NCBI GenBank assembly: GCA_032249135.1
Contig: JAVVGL010000004.1
Span: 1-64,000, forward strand
Length of the DNA: 64,000 nucleotides
Direction: 5' to 3'
From: Candidatus Calescibacterium sp.
GTDB taxonomy: Bacteria; Calescibacteriota; Calescibacteriia; Calescibacteriales; Calescibacteriaceae
The notes under the pieces were generated by a model. That model saw only the letters and a program-made list of their open reading frames with translations, ran no database searches and was not told the DNA's origin. Shown piece after piece: positions 28,596-39,186 of this stretch (within the stretch, counting starts at the first letter, position 1; the number at the start of each line of letters is the position of its first letter). Both the position numbers and the translations under genes were made by a program.

Positions 28596-30672
28596 TCAAC
28601 TTTTCCTTTTCTTCTTCTTTCTGAACCGATAATAAATAATTAGCATAGAAGCAGGGATGAGAAATCTTGAAAGAACACTACCTGCTGAACACCCGTAAGA
28701 TTTAACATTTTCTTTGTTTGTTGCAATTGCGGAGCCGAAATCACAATCTTGACTTGCAGAACACATATTCAAATACGGAGCTTTTGCTAATGCACAAACA
28801 TCTGATACAGAACCCCCATAACTTACAGTAGGAGAAATAGATTTAACCGTAGGAGATTGGGAAATTACAACTGGTGATAGTGAAGAAACATTACCAACAT
28901 TTGATAATACAGAATAAGTTGTATTTTTGGAAAAACATACATTACCATTAGCATCCATCTTCACTACATAAAAGTCATAACTACCCGCTCCAAAACTCCG
29001 AGTCCAACCCGCGACAACATATCTCCCATCTGAGCTCTGGATTATTGAAGTGGCTCCATCATCATTACTCCCACCGATAGTTTTAGACCACATAACATTT
29101 CCTAAACTATCTAACTTCACTACATGAATGTCACCATAACTTGCCCCAGCGACAACATATCCTCCATCTGAACTCTGGATTATTGATCCACCTACATCCA
29201 AAGACCACCCACCGATAGTTTTAGTCCATATAACATTTCCTGATGAATCTAACTTCACTACATAAAAATCAGCAAAACCTGCTCCAAAACTATTAGTATA
29301 ACCAGCAACAATATATCCTCCATCTGAGCTCTGAGTGATTGAAAATGCGTAATCATCTTTACTCCCGCCGATAGTTTTAGTCCATACAACATTCCCAGAT
29401 GAATCCAACTTCACTACATATATATCCCAATCTTCTGATATATCCCCATCAAATAAATCCCAATCATCTTCTATATACTTCTATATATATATCATCCCAA
29501 TCATCCGATATATCACTATCATCTTCCCTAAAACTGTGTGTATAACCAACGACAACATATCCCCCATCACTACTACGGATTATTGAACTGGCCACATCAT
29601 CTTTACTTCCACCGATAGTTTTAGTCCATACAACATTCCCTGATGAATCCAACTTTACTATATACATATCAGAACCACCTGCTCCAAAACTTTGTGTATA
29701 ACCGGCAACAACATATCCCCCATCTGAACTTTGAATGATTGAAATGGCCGCATCAGTCAAACTCCCACCGATAGTTTTAGTCCATACAACATTTCCTGAT
29801 GAATCCAACTTCACTACATATATATCCTCATAACCTGCTCTAAAACTTTCAGTCCAACCAGCGATAACATAGCCTCCATCACTACTCTGCACAATTGAAT
29901 TTGCTCCTTCTCCTTTACTCCCACCGATAGTTTTAGTCCATAAAACATTCCCAGAACTATCTAACTTCACTGCATAGAAATCCCAACCACCAGCTCCAAA
30001 ACTATCAGTTTGACCAGCGACCACATAACCTCCATCTGAACTCTGAATGATTGAACTGGCTATATCCCACCTTCTTCCACCGATAGTTTTAGAGAAAGTA
30101 CAAACATTTCCTTCGTCTATCTGTCCGTTGCAGTTATTATCTTTTCCATCACATATTTCTGTTTTTGCTGGGTTAATATTTGGGTCATTGTCTTTGCAAT
30201 CCCCTGGTGTCGCTGACAAAACATATCCAGCAGGTTTTGAACAGGAAACTTTCGTTGTACCATCCGTATATCCATCTTCATCAAAATCTTTGTAAAACAC
30301 AAGCAATAACCCTTCATCTGTTTGCCCGTTGCAGTTATTATCTTTGCCATCGCATATCTCTGTTTTCCCTGGATTTATATTTGGGTCATTGTCGTTGCAA
30401 TCCCCAGCCGTTGCAGATGAAACATATTCATCCGACGGCTTTAAACAGGAAACTTTTGTTGTTCCATCTGTATATCCATCTCCGTCGGCATCCTTATACC
30501 ACACCGGACATTTTTCTGATTTTGATATTTCTTCATTTGATATCTCTTTATTTGATATTCCTTCCCCACCCGATGATTTTTTGCCACATCCTACATTCAA
30601 TAAAAGCAAAATACTAAATAAAAAAACACCACACTTTTTCTCTCTCAATTTATCTATTATTTTCCATCCCAT
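28596..30672 (-). pseudogene. Surface lipoprotein (two MopE-type putative metal-binding repeats + 7-blade beta-propeller + Cys-containing C-terminal anchor), split by a frameshift
   Basis: ORFs 29464-30714 and 28596-29414 join in frame if one copy of the 10-bp duplication at 29468-29487 is removed; lipobox NVGC; DCNDNDPNINPGKTEICDGKDNNCNG x2; WTKTIGG..QSSDGGYVVAG..VVKLDSSGN repeats of about 156 bp. Confidence 0.85.
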
Positions 30673-30841
30673 CTTTTCTATCCTCCCCTTTCCCTTAATT
30701 CTTTCCCCAAACAAAAACCGAAGATAAAAAATATAGTAATTTCAAAAAAATTTTTTGCAAAGAAATGAGTTCCTATTTTTTCACTATAAGGAACATAAAT
30801 TGATGAATAACCTATTCTGCTCATCCTTGATTCAAAAACAA

Positions 30842-32950
30842 TCAGAATTTAAGTCCTAAAAGATGAGAGAAGGCTATTATTGTGCTTGCGACTGTCCAAC
30901 CAGTTGCACTCGTCAAATTGTAATTACCCTTACCTCCGAAACCGTAATCCCACCATGTTTGCTGTATAACCTCTGGTATAATCCCCGGAACAGAGCCGTT
31001 ATTTTTATAATTTGTTGGAACAACTTCTGAAACAGCATAAATCATGATTTGAGAGAATTTTTTGAGCTCGTCTTGAAAATCAGGCTCAAAAGATGAAAAC
31101 TCTGAAACCAAAGAAGGAAAAAAGAAAAGATAAACATCTACATGAATATTTTCAACACTAACTGACGATAAACCTTGTGTTTTCAGACCAATCTTGTAAA
31201 AAAGCTGATTTGGATTGAAAGGAACATTCCAAAGATAAAACCACCAAAGAGCAGCAAAAAGAGATCTTCTCGCACAGGTAAAATACTTTTCTTGATTTAC
31301 TTTTTTCCATACAAGATAGCAAGAAATAAACGCCCACATCGCTGCTTCTTTATCTTCGCTGTTAGCATCAATAGTTGATCCGTAGAACTCAAATTTTTCA
31401 GCAAGGTTTGAGATGAAATCGGCAGATAAAATAGCTGATTGAAGAAAATCAGAATTTCCGGAAATCTCATAAGCTTTTATGAACACAGGTGCGGCAAAAA
31501 GTGTCCCGGCAGGAGATGAATCAAACTCCTCGCCTGAAAACTTGTAAGCTCTCGCAAAAGAACCATCTTTCCTTTGAAGCTTCATCATATTTTCTGCTCC
31601 CTTTATGAAAGTGTCCTTTACTTTGAGAGCAAAATCATAGTCTTGGGGTAAAATTTCGGTTTCATACAAATATGCAAGGTAAAGAGCGAGTAAAGATTCA
31701 AAATTTCTTCTTGAAAAGAAAGCATCTTTGAAGAAAACAGGTCTGAACTCACATTTAGAATTTGAAGTTGTATCAAAGCAGTCTATGAAAAATCCATTTT
31801 CCATACCATGTTCTATCCAAGATAAAATAACTTTTTTTCCTTTGTCAATAAGCTCGCCGTCTTTAAGGTATTTCCCCAAAAGTATTGAGTTAGATGCGTT
31901 CATAAGAGCCATACCTGTAAAGCTCGCTTCAATCCAAGGCAAAAATACATCTCCTGTTTCTGTGCGAACGAAAGAAAAAAATCCTTTTATTTTTTCTCCG
32001 TCATAAAAGTATCTTCTGAAAAATGAGGATAAAACACTGAGCTGATAATCAAAATTCAAGTTTGGTAATTTTCCAGAAATAACTCCATTTTTCTCATATA
32101 ATTTATACACAACTTTCCAGAGCGCCAAAACTGCATCCGCAAAGTTTTTCTCTTCAAGCTCAATTATGAAAATGTCAAAAGATTTTTTAGATGAAAAATT
32201 GTAAAGAGCTTTTTTTGGAGGTAGCTCGTAAAATGAGTCAGTAGAAAATTTTCTCCTGTAAAATACTGGATACTCTTCAAAAGGGAAAGTGAAAATTATT
32301 TTTTGAGAATCATAATCAAAGCCAATTCCAAAAATATCTGTATCTACCAGAATTTCCTGGGATTCCGAATCTATTTGATTTTGTTCTGTAAAATCATATT
32401 GAGCAGGAAGTTTCAGGAGAGCTACCAATTTTTGTTTCTTCTCATCGTATGCAACTGATATAGGAACTGGTAATCTATCTTCCCTGAAAATCCATTTTTT
32501 TGACTTCAAAAGAGAATAAACTTTATTTTGAGAAAAATTGTTTCCTTTTATAAAAACTCCTGGAACAAAGAAGGTTGTAGAATCAGGAGAAAAAGCAGTA
32601 TCAAATTCAATCTTGATGCGAGATTTCGTATTTTTTATGGGGTCAACCTCTATTCTGGCATGATATAAATTCAGTTTCCCAACTTTCAAACCCAAATCTT
32701 GAACATCTTTTTGTTCCAAAGTTATTTTATATGAAAAGTTAAACTGTGTCTCCTTTTCAAATGATATGCTTATTTTTCTCAAAGTTTCAACTTGTTCCTT
32801 TATTCTTTTGCACCCGGAGGAGAAAACGGAAAAAAGCAAAACTAAAAAGAAAATTAGAACTGGCAGTAAATATATGAGAGCAAAACTAAAAAGGCTTACG
32901 CTTACATTTTTCTTTTCTCCTCCACAGACCCTCCTTGAACAATAGCTCAT
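30842..32950 (-). CDS. Hypothetical lipoprotein, possible (alpha/alpha)6-barrel glycoside hydrolase-like
   Basis: Lipobox SSGC; LQRKDGSF, AYEISGNSDFLQSA, GSTIDANSEDKEAA helical-barrel-type motifs. Confidence 0.5.
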   Translation of the reverse strand: MSYCSRRVCGGEKKNVSVSLFSFALIYLLPVLIFFLVLLFSVFSSGCKRIKEQVETLRKISISFEKETQFNFSYKITLEQKDVQDLGLKVGKLNLYHARIEVDPIKNTKSRIKIEFDTAFSPDSTTFFVPGVFIKGNNFSQNKVYSLLKSKKWIFREDRLPVPISVAYDEKKQKLVALLKLPAQYDFTEQNQIDSESQEILVDTDIFGIGFDYDSQKIIFTFPFEEYPVFYRRKFSTDSFYELPPKKALYNFSSKKSFDIFIIELEEKNFADAVLALWKVVYKLYEKNGVISGKLPNLNFDYQLSVLSSFFRRYFYDGEKIKGFFSFVRTETGDVFLPWIEASFTGMALMNASNSILLGKYLKDGELIDKGKKVILSWIEHGMENGFFIDCFDTTSNSKCEFRPVFFKDAFFSRRNFESLLALYLAYLYETEILPQDYDFALKVKDTFIKGAENMMKLQRKDGSFARAYKFSGEEFDSSPAGTLFAAPVFIKAYEISGNSDFLQSAILSADFISNLAEKFEFYGSTIDANSEDKEAAMWAFISCYLVWKKVNQEKYFTCARRSLFAALWWFYLWNVPFNPNQLFYKIGLKTQGLSSVSVENIHVDVYLFFFPSLVSEFSSFEPDFQDELKKFSQIMIYAVSEVVPTNYKNNGSVPGIIPEVIQQTWWDYGFGGKGNYNLTSATGWTVASTIIAFSHLLGLKF

Positions 32951-33015
32951 AAAATAAAAAGTAAGGAAACACTATAAGAAACTTCTATTTATGAAATTTT
33001 GAAAATTCATGAAGT

Positions 33016-33085
33016 TCAGAGTATATGATTAAGGAAAGTTTTTCTTATATCAACTTGTATTGGCATGGGTTTAACCTTTATCTCA
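33016..33085 (-). pseudogene. Remnant copy of the Rpn internal-start segment (MPIQVDIRKTFLNHIL*)
   Basis: About 50 bp near-identical to 33358-33408, beginning at the stop codon of the adjacent Rpn gene. Confidence 0.75.
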
Positions 33086-33987
33086 TTTATGGTTTCTGAA
33101 AACCTTGATAAAATCGTCCCAGGTTTTTACATCTATTATTTTTCTCTTTATTTTTTTGAGGCGATTTAAATCATTTACTTTTTCTAAAAGAGTTTTTGCC
33201 TCTTTTATCTTTGATTTACCAAATTTAAGTTGAACACCCAGTAAAATTGCCTCTTTCAAGCCCTCCTGTTTTCCTTTTTTAATTCCTCTCTCCTCCCCCT
33301 CCTTCAATCCTTCCCGTTTTCCCTCCTTCAATCCTTCCTCTTTCCCCCACTTATAAAGAAAGGTTTTTCTTATATCAACCTGTATTGGCATGGGTTTTAC
33401 CTTTATTTCAATATCAAATAATCCTGCTAAAAAACTTATGCTATCTATATATTTTATGATTTCTTCTTCGTTTTTCAAAATTTCTACAATTCTTTTTTTG
33501 ACCTTTCTTATTATCTTGGGTTTATCTTTGAATTTCCCAGCCAAAATTCCCAAAATAACTTCTGCGGGTTTTTCGCTTTTTATAAAAACATCAGGATCTA
33601 TTTTCTTCATATCAAGTTAGCTTTGGGGTTTTGTACTCTGATGGAGGAGGATTTCCTTTACCAACGAATAAAACAATTTGCGTAGGTTCTTTTTTGTATT
33701 TTTCTACTATCGCGTAGTAGTAGCGAAACATCCTGCGTGGCAAATTTTTATCTTGTTGAGCTTGGATTTCAACTTGGATTATTTTACCATCAGCTTCAAC
33801 TAAAATGTCAGGACGAAAAGTTTTTACCAAACTTATCTCTGCCGATATAACTTTTACTTTTTTACCTATTTTCCTACCAATAGCTAAGTAATAAATTTTT
33901 TCTATTGCTTCTGAGAAAATCTCTTTTAAAATTGGGTCAAACCTTTTTAGCTCCTTTTTTATATCTTTCCTTTTCCTTTTCTTCCAT
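33083..33987 (-). pseudogene. Rpn-like nuclease paralog with two lesions
   Basis: Homology to 27588-28499 throughout (KELKRFDPILKEIF, RPDIL, QVEIQ, QIVLFVGKGNPP, MKKIDPD, PMPIQVDIRKTFLYKWG); +1 in A6 run at 33955-33960; frameshifting deletion near 33612. Confidence 0.85.
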
Positions 33988-34260
33988 TTTCCTTCTTTTT
34001 ATTTTCTTTTTTTCTCTTTTTGTTTTCTTCCTATCTTCCTATTTTTTTATTTTTCATACTAACTTGCTTTCTCATTTCTGTTTTAAATTAGAATTTTACT
34101 TATTTGCAGACCAGATTAAAGAGAATTCCGGCTATATCCTATTTAGGAGAGATTTGCTTGTACGGAAGGTTGATAGATTAACCATATTTGACTAAATATT
34201 TATCCTCTCGTAATTAACTGATCTTGTAATTGGCTGTTCTTTCAAAAAAATAAAAAATTT

Positions 34261-35595
34261 TCAGAAGTAGAGTCGCAAAGAGAACTCAACTGAATATATA
34301 AATTGTCTTAAATTTGCTGATGCTGGATTTATCTTATTTACAAAAGCTGCCGCCGCTCTGCCGGGAATAAAAAATATGTTAGCAAAGTCAAACCTTAAAT
34401 TATCTGCAATAGCGTATCTGAAAACCCCATCTATTTCGGCACCAATAAAATTTGATTTCAAAGAATTCTCACCAGAAAGAGTCAATCCTACACCACCTAT
34501 TGGAATAAAAGAAAGATGGGAAAAAAGAGAAAATTCACCCCAGACATCAAAAACAAAAAATCCAGGTCTCATAAGCCTAAATTGAGAAAATTTTTCTCCC
34601 ATATTAAGATCAAGATTATCTGATTTGAATATTATCTCGTCCTCCGTAAGGAGCAATGTTCGGCTCATTGATTTTCCCGAATAAATAAACCCGAAGTTCT
34701 GTCCCTCCCTGTAAGTGGGATTATCTGGACTTAAAACCATAATATCTGAACCGAATTTTATTTCACCCTTTTTTATAATTGAAGCCTGCAAAGCTCCTGC
34801 AAGATGATTTTCGTTCTTCAAATCAAAAGCCGATTTCGTAAATACCCCCGATTGACCGGCAACACCACCTATGAAAGAAAAATCATCAGTCTCATACCTA
34901 TAACCTAAAATCAAAGTAGAAACAAAAGAAAATTTTCTTATAATTGAATTATCAATTAAGTTGTAAATTCCCCCGAAAAACCCTTCACCAACAAATGGAA
35001 TTCCGTCTTTTGGTACAAATCCACCGGAAGCATACGCAATTGAGAAAACAAATGTATCATTCACAAAGTTGTTTGAGAAAAGCTCAATTCCTTCATAGGT
35101 TTGCTCAGGAACCTGCCCCAAAAATATCTGGAAATTTTTTGATTCAAACCTTGCTCCTCCTATCCAGTTCCTCAAAAATATTTCAAGTGGATCCGCAAAG
35201 TATTGGTATCCAACTTTAACTCTGCTTTCTCCTATTTTTACATCAGAGTAAATTTGCCTTGCAAAAATGAAAAGTTGTCTCCCTACTCCTGCATCAGGTC
35301 TTGCAAAAGTAAAGTTTCTGCTCCACAAATTGAACCCCCACAGAGTTTCAATTGCAAATTTATTTTCTCCTATGAAGAAAGATATCTTTGGTTCAGCGTA
35401 TGTTCCAAGAACGCCGGCAGTTTGTCCCCATGGTTCATAAAAAGCGGGAGATTTATCAAAATCGCTATCTGTTTTGAAAATAAAGAAGTTCTGAAAATAC
35501 CCTGAAAAATCAACTTTTTTCTCATTTCCACCATCCTCAGCCCACGCCTCTCCAAAAAACAAAAACAAAAAAACAAAAAATACAACAAAAAACAT
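34261..35595 (-). CDS. Outer-membrane beta-barrel protein (alginate-export-like)
   Basis: Signal peptide AWA, aromatic amphipathic strands, GAEIDG, C-terminal F (SLRLYF). Confidence 0.55.
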   Translation of the reverse strand: MFFVVFFVFLFLFFGEAWAEDGGNEKKVDFSGYFQNFFIFKTDSDFDKSPAFYEPWGQTAGVLGTYAEPKISFFIGENKFAIETLWGFNLWSRNFTFARPDAGVGRQLFIFARQIYSDVKIGESRVKVGYQYFADPLEIFLRNWIGGARFESKNFQIFLGQVPEQTYEGIELFSNNFVNDTFVFSIAYASGGFVPKDGIPFVGEGFFGGIYNLIDNSIIRKFSFVSTLILGYRYETDDFSFIGGVAGQSGVFTKSAFDLKNENHLAGALQASIIKKGEIKFGSDIMVLSPDNPTYREGQNFGFIYSGKSMSRTLLLTEDEIIFKSDNLDLNMGEKFSQFRLMRPGFFVFDVWGEFSLFSHLSFIPIGGVGLTLSGENSLKSNFIGAEIDGVFRYAIADNLRFDFANIFFIPGRAAAAFVNKINPASANLRQFIYSVEFSLRLYF

Positions 35596-35601
35596 ATCTT
35601 A

Positions 35602-38304
35602 TCACCTCCTTTTTCTTGAAACTATAACATCTTCTTTTACAAAGTAATCCCAATCATCAGAAATTTTTCCTTCTATTGGTGGTCTTATCACTATCTTGTG
35701 AATAAATCCCGGCTCATCAACTTCGTGATACCAGTACAACCTGAAATTCTTGTGATCATACATAATATAACCATCTGAAACCCACACAAAAAATCCATTT
35801 GGATAATATATGTAATACGGAATAAATATTTCTGTTGGCTCATCTGTTTCTTTACTTTCAAGTTCAAGAGTAAATTCTCCAACAGGATTTGGAATTCCTT
35901 TTTCAGGGTCAAAATAATGTAGCTCTGAGAAAAACTGCAAAGATTTCAGTTTCCCTGCAAGGAAGTTTGGATGAGGTCTTGCATAAGCTTCATACCCTCG
36001 CGGAACAAGATAAGTTCCATCATTAAGCTTGACAATATACGGGTCATCATCACAGCTTCTGGCTTTTTTAGAAACCGGTTTGCATTCCTCTGGCTTTCGT
36101 CTTTCAACAATTGAGAAATTTTCAGCATTCCAACCTTCACCTCTCCAATCATCGTTTTCCCAAGACCAACACCAAATTATTCTACCTATACCTATATCTT
36201 CAAGGGCTTCATATTCGTCGTTTATGATGTATTTTGGTATTATGTAATTTTCTGAACGAGCATTTTCAACTGCTTTCTTCCAAATTGACTCGCCCGAACC
36301 AATATTAGAAGCGGGTTGAGTGCTCAAAGTAAAGTAAGTTCCAAACTCTCCCAAAACAACAGGGATATTTCCCATATTCTTTCTCGCAGAAGAAATATGA
36401 GTCAAGATTGAAGTCAAATACTCTTTCTTTTTTTTCCTTTTTTCTTCAACTTTAAAAACTCTGTAAGGCATATTGAAGCCTGGGAAAGGATAAACATCTG
36501 GATACCAGTGGGGAGCATAAACAACCTGCGGGAGTTCAGGTCTTGAATACGGAACATTATAAACCGTTTCACCTTCTCCACCGCCAGTAATGAAAAGGAG
36601 TAACCATTCAATACCTGCTATCGTTGGTTCAACGAAAATTATAGCGTTCGGGTCATTTTGTAAAATAGCTCGTCCCATCCTCTCGTGGAAAGGCATTATG
36701 TAGTTTCTATCAAAACCATAGTTTAGTCCCAAAATAGCTAAAAGATTTGCTTTATCAAATCCCCACAATTTCATCTCTTGCTCTCTCGTTTCAGGTGTGA
36801 CATCTGGTAAAAGTCCTATACCTATGAGTATATCAACAAGGTCTTCCGCAAATTTTCTATCTGCAAAAATAGTGTCAATTAAATTAATAATTCCTTCTTT
36901 TGAACCTGTCTGAAAGTAAGCGGCGATGATGGTCATCAAAAGGAAAAACCCGCTTGGTTCGTTCATAATATCGTATCCTATGACATTTGGCATATCTGCA
37001 ACAGCTTTCGCAACCTCACCCCACATCCTCCCATAAGCAGATTGCAAATACTCCTGAATATTAACCATCTCATTTCCTTTCTTTACCTTCAAATCAGGAA
37101 ACACATCTTTTCCTGCAAACAAAGCAGCCCAAGCTCTCTGAACATCAAGGGAAAGACCCGCATTCAAACCCCAATTAGTAAAAGGTAACATATCTGTTGT
37201 TTGTTTTATTATATCTTCTCTTGACAGATTATTTATATCTACCCCCGGAATTTCAAGATAGCTTTTTACTTGATCTTTCAGACCAGAAAGAGTATTAGCT
37301 ATATTCTTATCAAATTTTGAAACAACATTTACTATTTTTTGCCAGTTTTCATCTTTTTCTATAAATTTTCTCAACATAAGAGTGATTCTTGGATATCCCC
37401 AGAGTTCTCCGCCGACATTTTCCTTTCTCTCATAAAGTATTTCTTGGACAGCCCATTTTGGCCACATATTACCTCTGACGGCATTATTATAAGGAGTATC
37501 TTCATCTTTACCTTTACATTTATTTTTGCCTTTTTGAGGCAATAAAGCACCAACTAATCCTGCGATATCAAATGATATCGGACTTTGACCTCCGCCACCT
37601 AAACCACCACCTGCAAAAGCGAGAAGGGTTCTCAGAGTTTGAACTATTGGTGATTCTGTATCATTAAAGCGTGCGATGAAAAATCTTGAAAAAATTGCAT
37701 CTGTATGTGAGTCCAAAAGAACATAGATATCGTGCTCCCACGCTTTCTCAACAATCTTTCTTATGTAATCTATGTAGTCATAGTTTATCTCATCTGGAGA
37801 ATTTGGCATAACACCTTCTATTGATATAAGAAGCCTTATTGTATTGAACCCAAGATTTTTTATCTGCCTGAAAAACTCGTCTGCCTTGTCAAGAGGGAAA
37901 GGTTTTCCAACATAATTTGGAGTTCCTTCAACCTTGAATTTGCAAGGGTCTTCATTCACAGGGAATTTATTGCTTCCCGAAACATTTACTCCATGTATGA
38001 AAACATATCTTCCTTTTTCGTCTTTCATATATGGTAGCCAATCTTTGCAGAAATCTTTCCAACCTTCTGTCGGTGGAGGACAATGCGGACGACCATCAGG
38101 TCCTACACAACAGACAGAAACTCTCCTTATATTTTTCCCTTCTTTACTAACGCTTTTCCCTTCCTTATCAACATAATCTTTTTTCCCGCAAAAAACAAAT
38201 CCGAGTAGAACCAAAGAAGTAAAAACCGCAGATAAGCCGATTAAACCTAATTCCTTTCTAATCATATATTTGATAGTAATAGTTCTATTTTCTGTCTTTT
38301 TCAT
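35602..38304 (-). CDS. Glycoside hydrolase family 5 (endoglycoceramidase/steryl-glucosidase-like) lipoprotein
   Basis: DEKGRYVFIHGVN, GFNTIRL, VLLDSH, GYDIMNEP (acid/base), YAPHWY, VVLGEFG (nucleophile), ARPHP. Confidence 0.8.
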   Translation of the reverse strand: MKKTENRTITIKYMIRKELGLIGLSAVFTSLVLLGFVFCGKKDYVDKEGKSVSKEGKNIRRVSVCCVGPDGRPHCPPPTEGWKDFCKDWLPYMKDEKGRYVFIHGVNVSGSNKFPVNEDPCKFKVEGTPNYVGKPFPLDKADEFFRQIKNLGFNTIRLLISIEGVMPNSPDEINYDYIDYIRKIVEKAWEHDIYVLLDSHTDAIFSRFFIARFNDTESPIVQTLRTLLAFAGGGLGGGGQSPISFDIAGLVGALLPQKGKNKCKGKDEDTPYNNAVRGNMWPKWAVQEILYERKENVGGELWGYPRITLMLRKFIEKDENWQKIVNVVSKFDKNIANTLSGLKDQVKSYLEIPGVDINNLSREDIIKQTTDMLPFTNWGLNAGLSLDVQRAWAALFAGKDVFPDLKVKKGNEMVNIQEYLQSAYGRMWGEVAKAVADMPNVIGYDIMNEPSGFFLLMTIIAAYFQTGSKEGIINLIDTIFADRKFAEDLVDILIGIGLLPDVTPETREQEMKLWGFDKANLLAILGLNYGFDRNYIMPFHERMGRAILQNDPNAIIFVEPTIAGIEWLLLFITGGGEGETVYNVPYSRPELPQVVYAPHWYPDVYPFPGFNMPYRVFKVEEKRKKKKEYLTSILTHISSARKNMGNIPVVLGEFGTYFTLSTQPASNIGSGESIWKKAVENARSENYIIPKYIINDEYEALEDIGIGRIIWCWSWENDDWRGEGWNAENFSIVERRKPEECKPVSKKARSCDDDPYIVKLNDGTYLVPRGYEAYARPHPNFLAGKLKSLQFFSELHYFDPEKGIPNPVGEFTLELESKETDEPTEIFIPYYIYYPNGFFVWVSDGYIMYDHKNFRLYWYHEVDEPGFIHKIVIRPPIEGKISDDWDYFVKEDVIVSRKRR

Positions 38305-38408
38305 TTGTGTTAAGGTTTATTTTAACAAGTGGAAAATTTTTTTCGCATAAACAGAAAAATTTGATGGTAAATCAAACGAAATTTTGTTGTTAATTTTTTT
38401 GTTAATTT

Positions 38409-39128
38409 TTAGTGTGGGATGAAGTTTATAAGGATGCCTGAAATTAACACTCCTATAAAAAAAAGTATGAAGTCAGATGTGGAGTTAAAAACCGGGATGA
38501 AATCGTGTATAGCGACATAAGTTAGTATCCCAGCAGATACTGGCGCAAAAACAACAGCTATCCCTTCAATACTAATACCCATTATAGCCAAAATAAATCC
38601 AAAAAGATTTGATATAGATATAATTGATATAAATTTCATAGATTTTTTTAGGTTGTGCCCAGAATAAATCAGAGAGAGGATAAATCCATCAAGGAATTTG
38701 TGAACAGCAATCAGCAATATTACTACAAGATAGCTTTTAGATGAAAGTAAAAACCCACCAAGGAAAAATCCATCTATAAGGTAGTGCATCCCAAGTCCAA
38801 CGGATATTTTATAAGAGAATGGTTCATCACATTCCCAACAAGCCAAACTTTCTCTTGATATATGTTCTTTTTTCAAGAAATTTATCTTGTCAAGAAAAAT
38901 AGAAACTATAACTCCGCCGAGGATGAGCGGAGGTATAAGTTCTGAATTTGCGATATGTATTGATTCAGGAAGGACACGCAGAAAAACAGCCGAAAGAATA
39001 ATTCCTGACCCTATGGAGAAAAAGTAGGATTTTCTCATAGACGAGAATTTGAGGAATAAAAAAGACGAGATCAAAGGCAATAAGAATAAAACGGAAATTC
39101 CTCCAAATATTTGTATGAAACTCCACAT
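38409..39128 (-). CDS. ZIP family metal transporter
   Basis: GIILSAVFLRVLPES, GMHYLIDG, AVHKFLDG, SAGILTYVAIHDFIP. Confidence 0.8.
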   Translation of the reverse strand: MWSFIQIFGGISVLFLLPLISSFLFLKFSSMRKSYFFSIGSGIILSAVFLRVLPESIHIANSELIPPLILGGVIVSIFLDKINFLKKEHISRESLACWECDEPFSYKISVGLGMHYLIDGFFLGGFLLSSKSYLVVILLIAVHKFLDGFILSLIYSGHNLKKSMKFISIISISNLFGFILAIMGISIEGIAVVFAPVSAGILTYVAIHDFIPVFNSTSDFILFFIGVLISGILINFIPH

Positions 39129-39186
39129 AATAGTAAAATTCTAATCAGCTAACCAAAAAACATTAGAAGATTTTCATATTAATACC

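Noticed and set aside
29040-30095. Regularly spaced ccaccgatagttttagtcca repeats resembling a CRISPR array
   Set aside because: The period is about 156 bp, the intervening sequences are homologous, and all encode beta-propeller blades; no cas genes
33905-34195. 96-aa plus-strand hydrophobic ORF
   Set aside because: It is antisense to the A-rich 5' end of the Rpn pseudogene; the Phe-rich content is a low-complexity artefact
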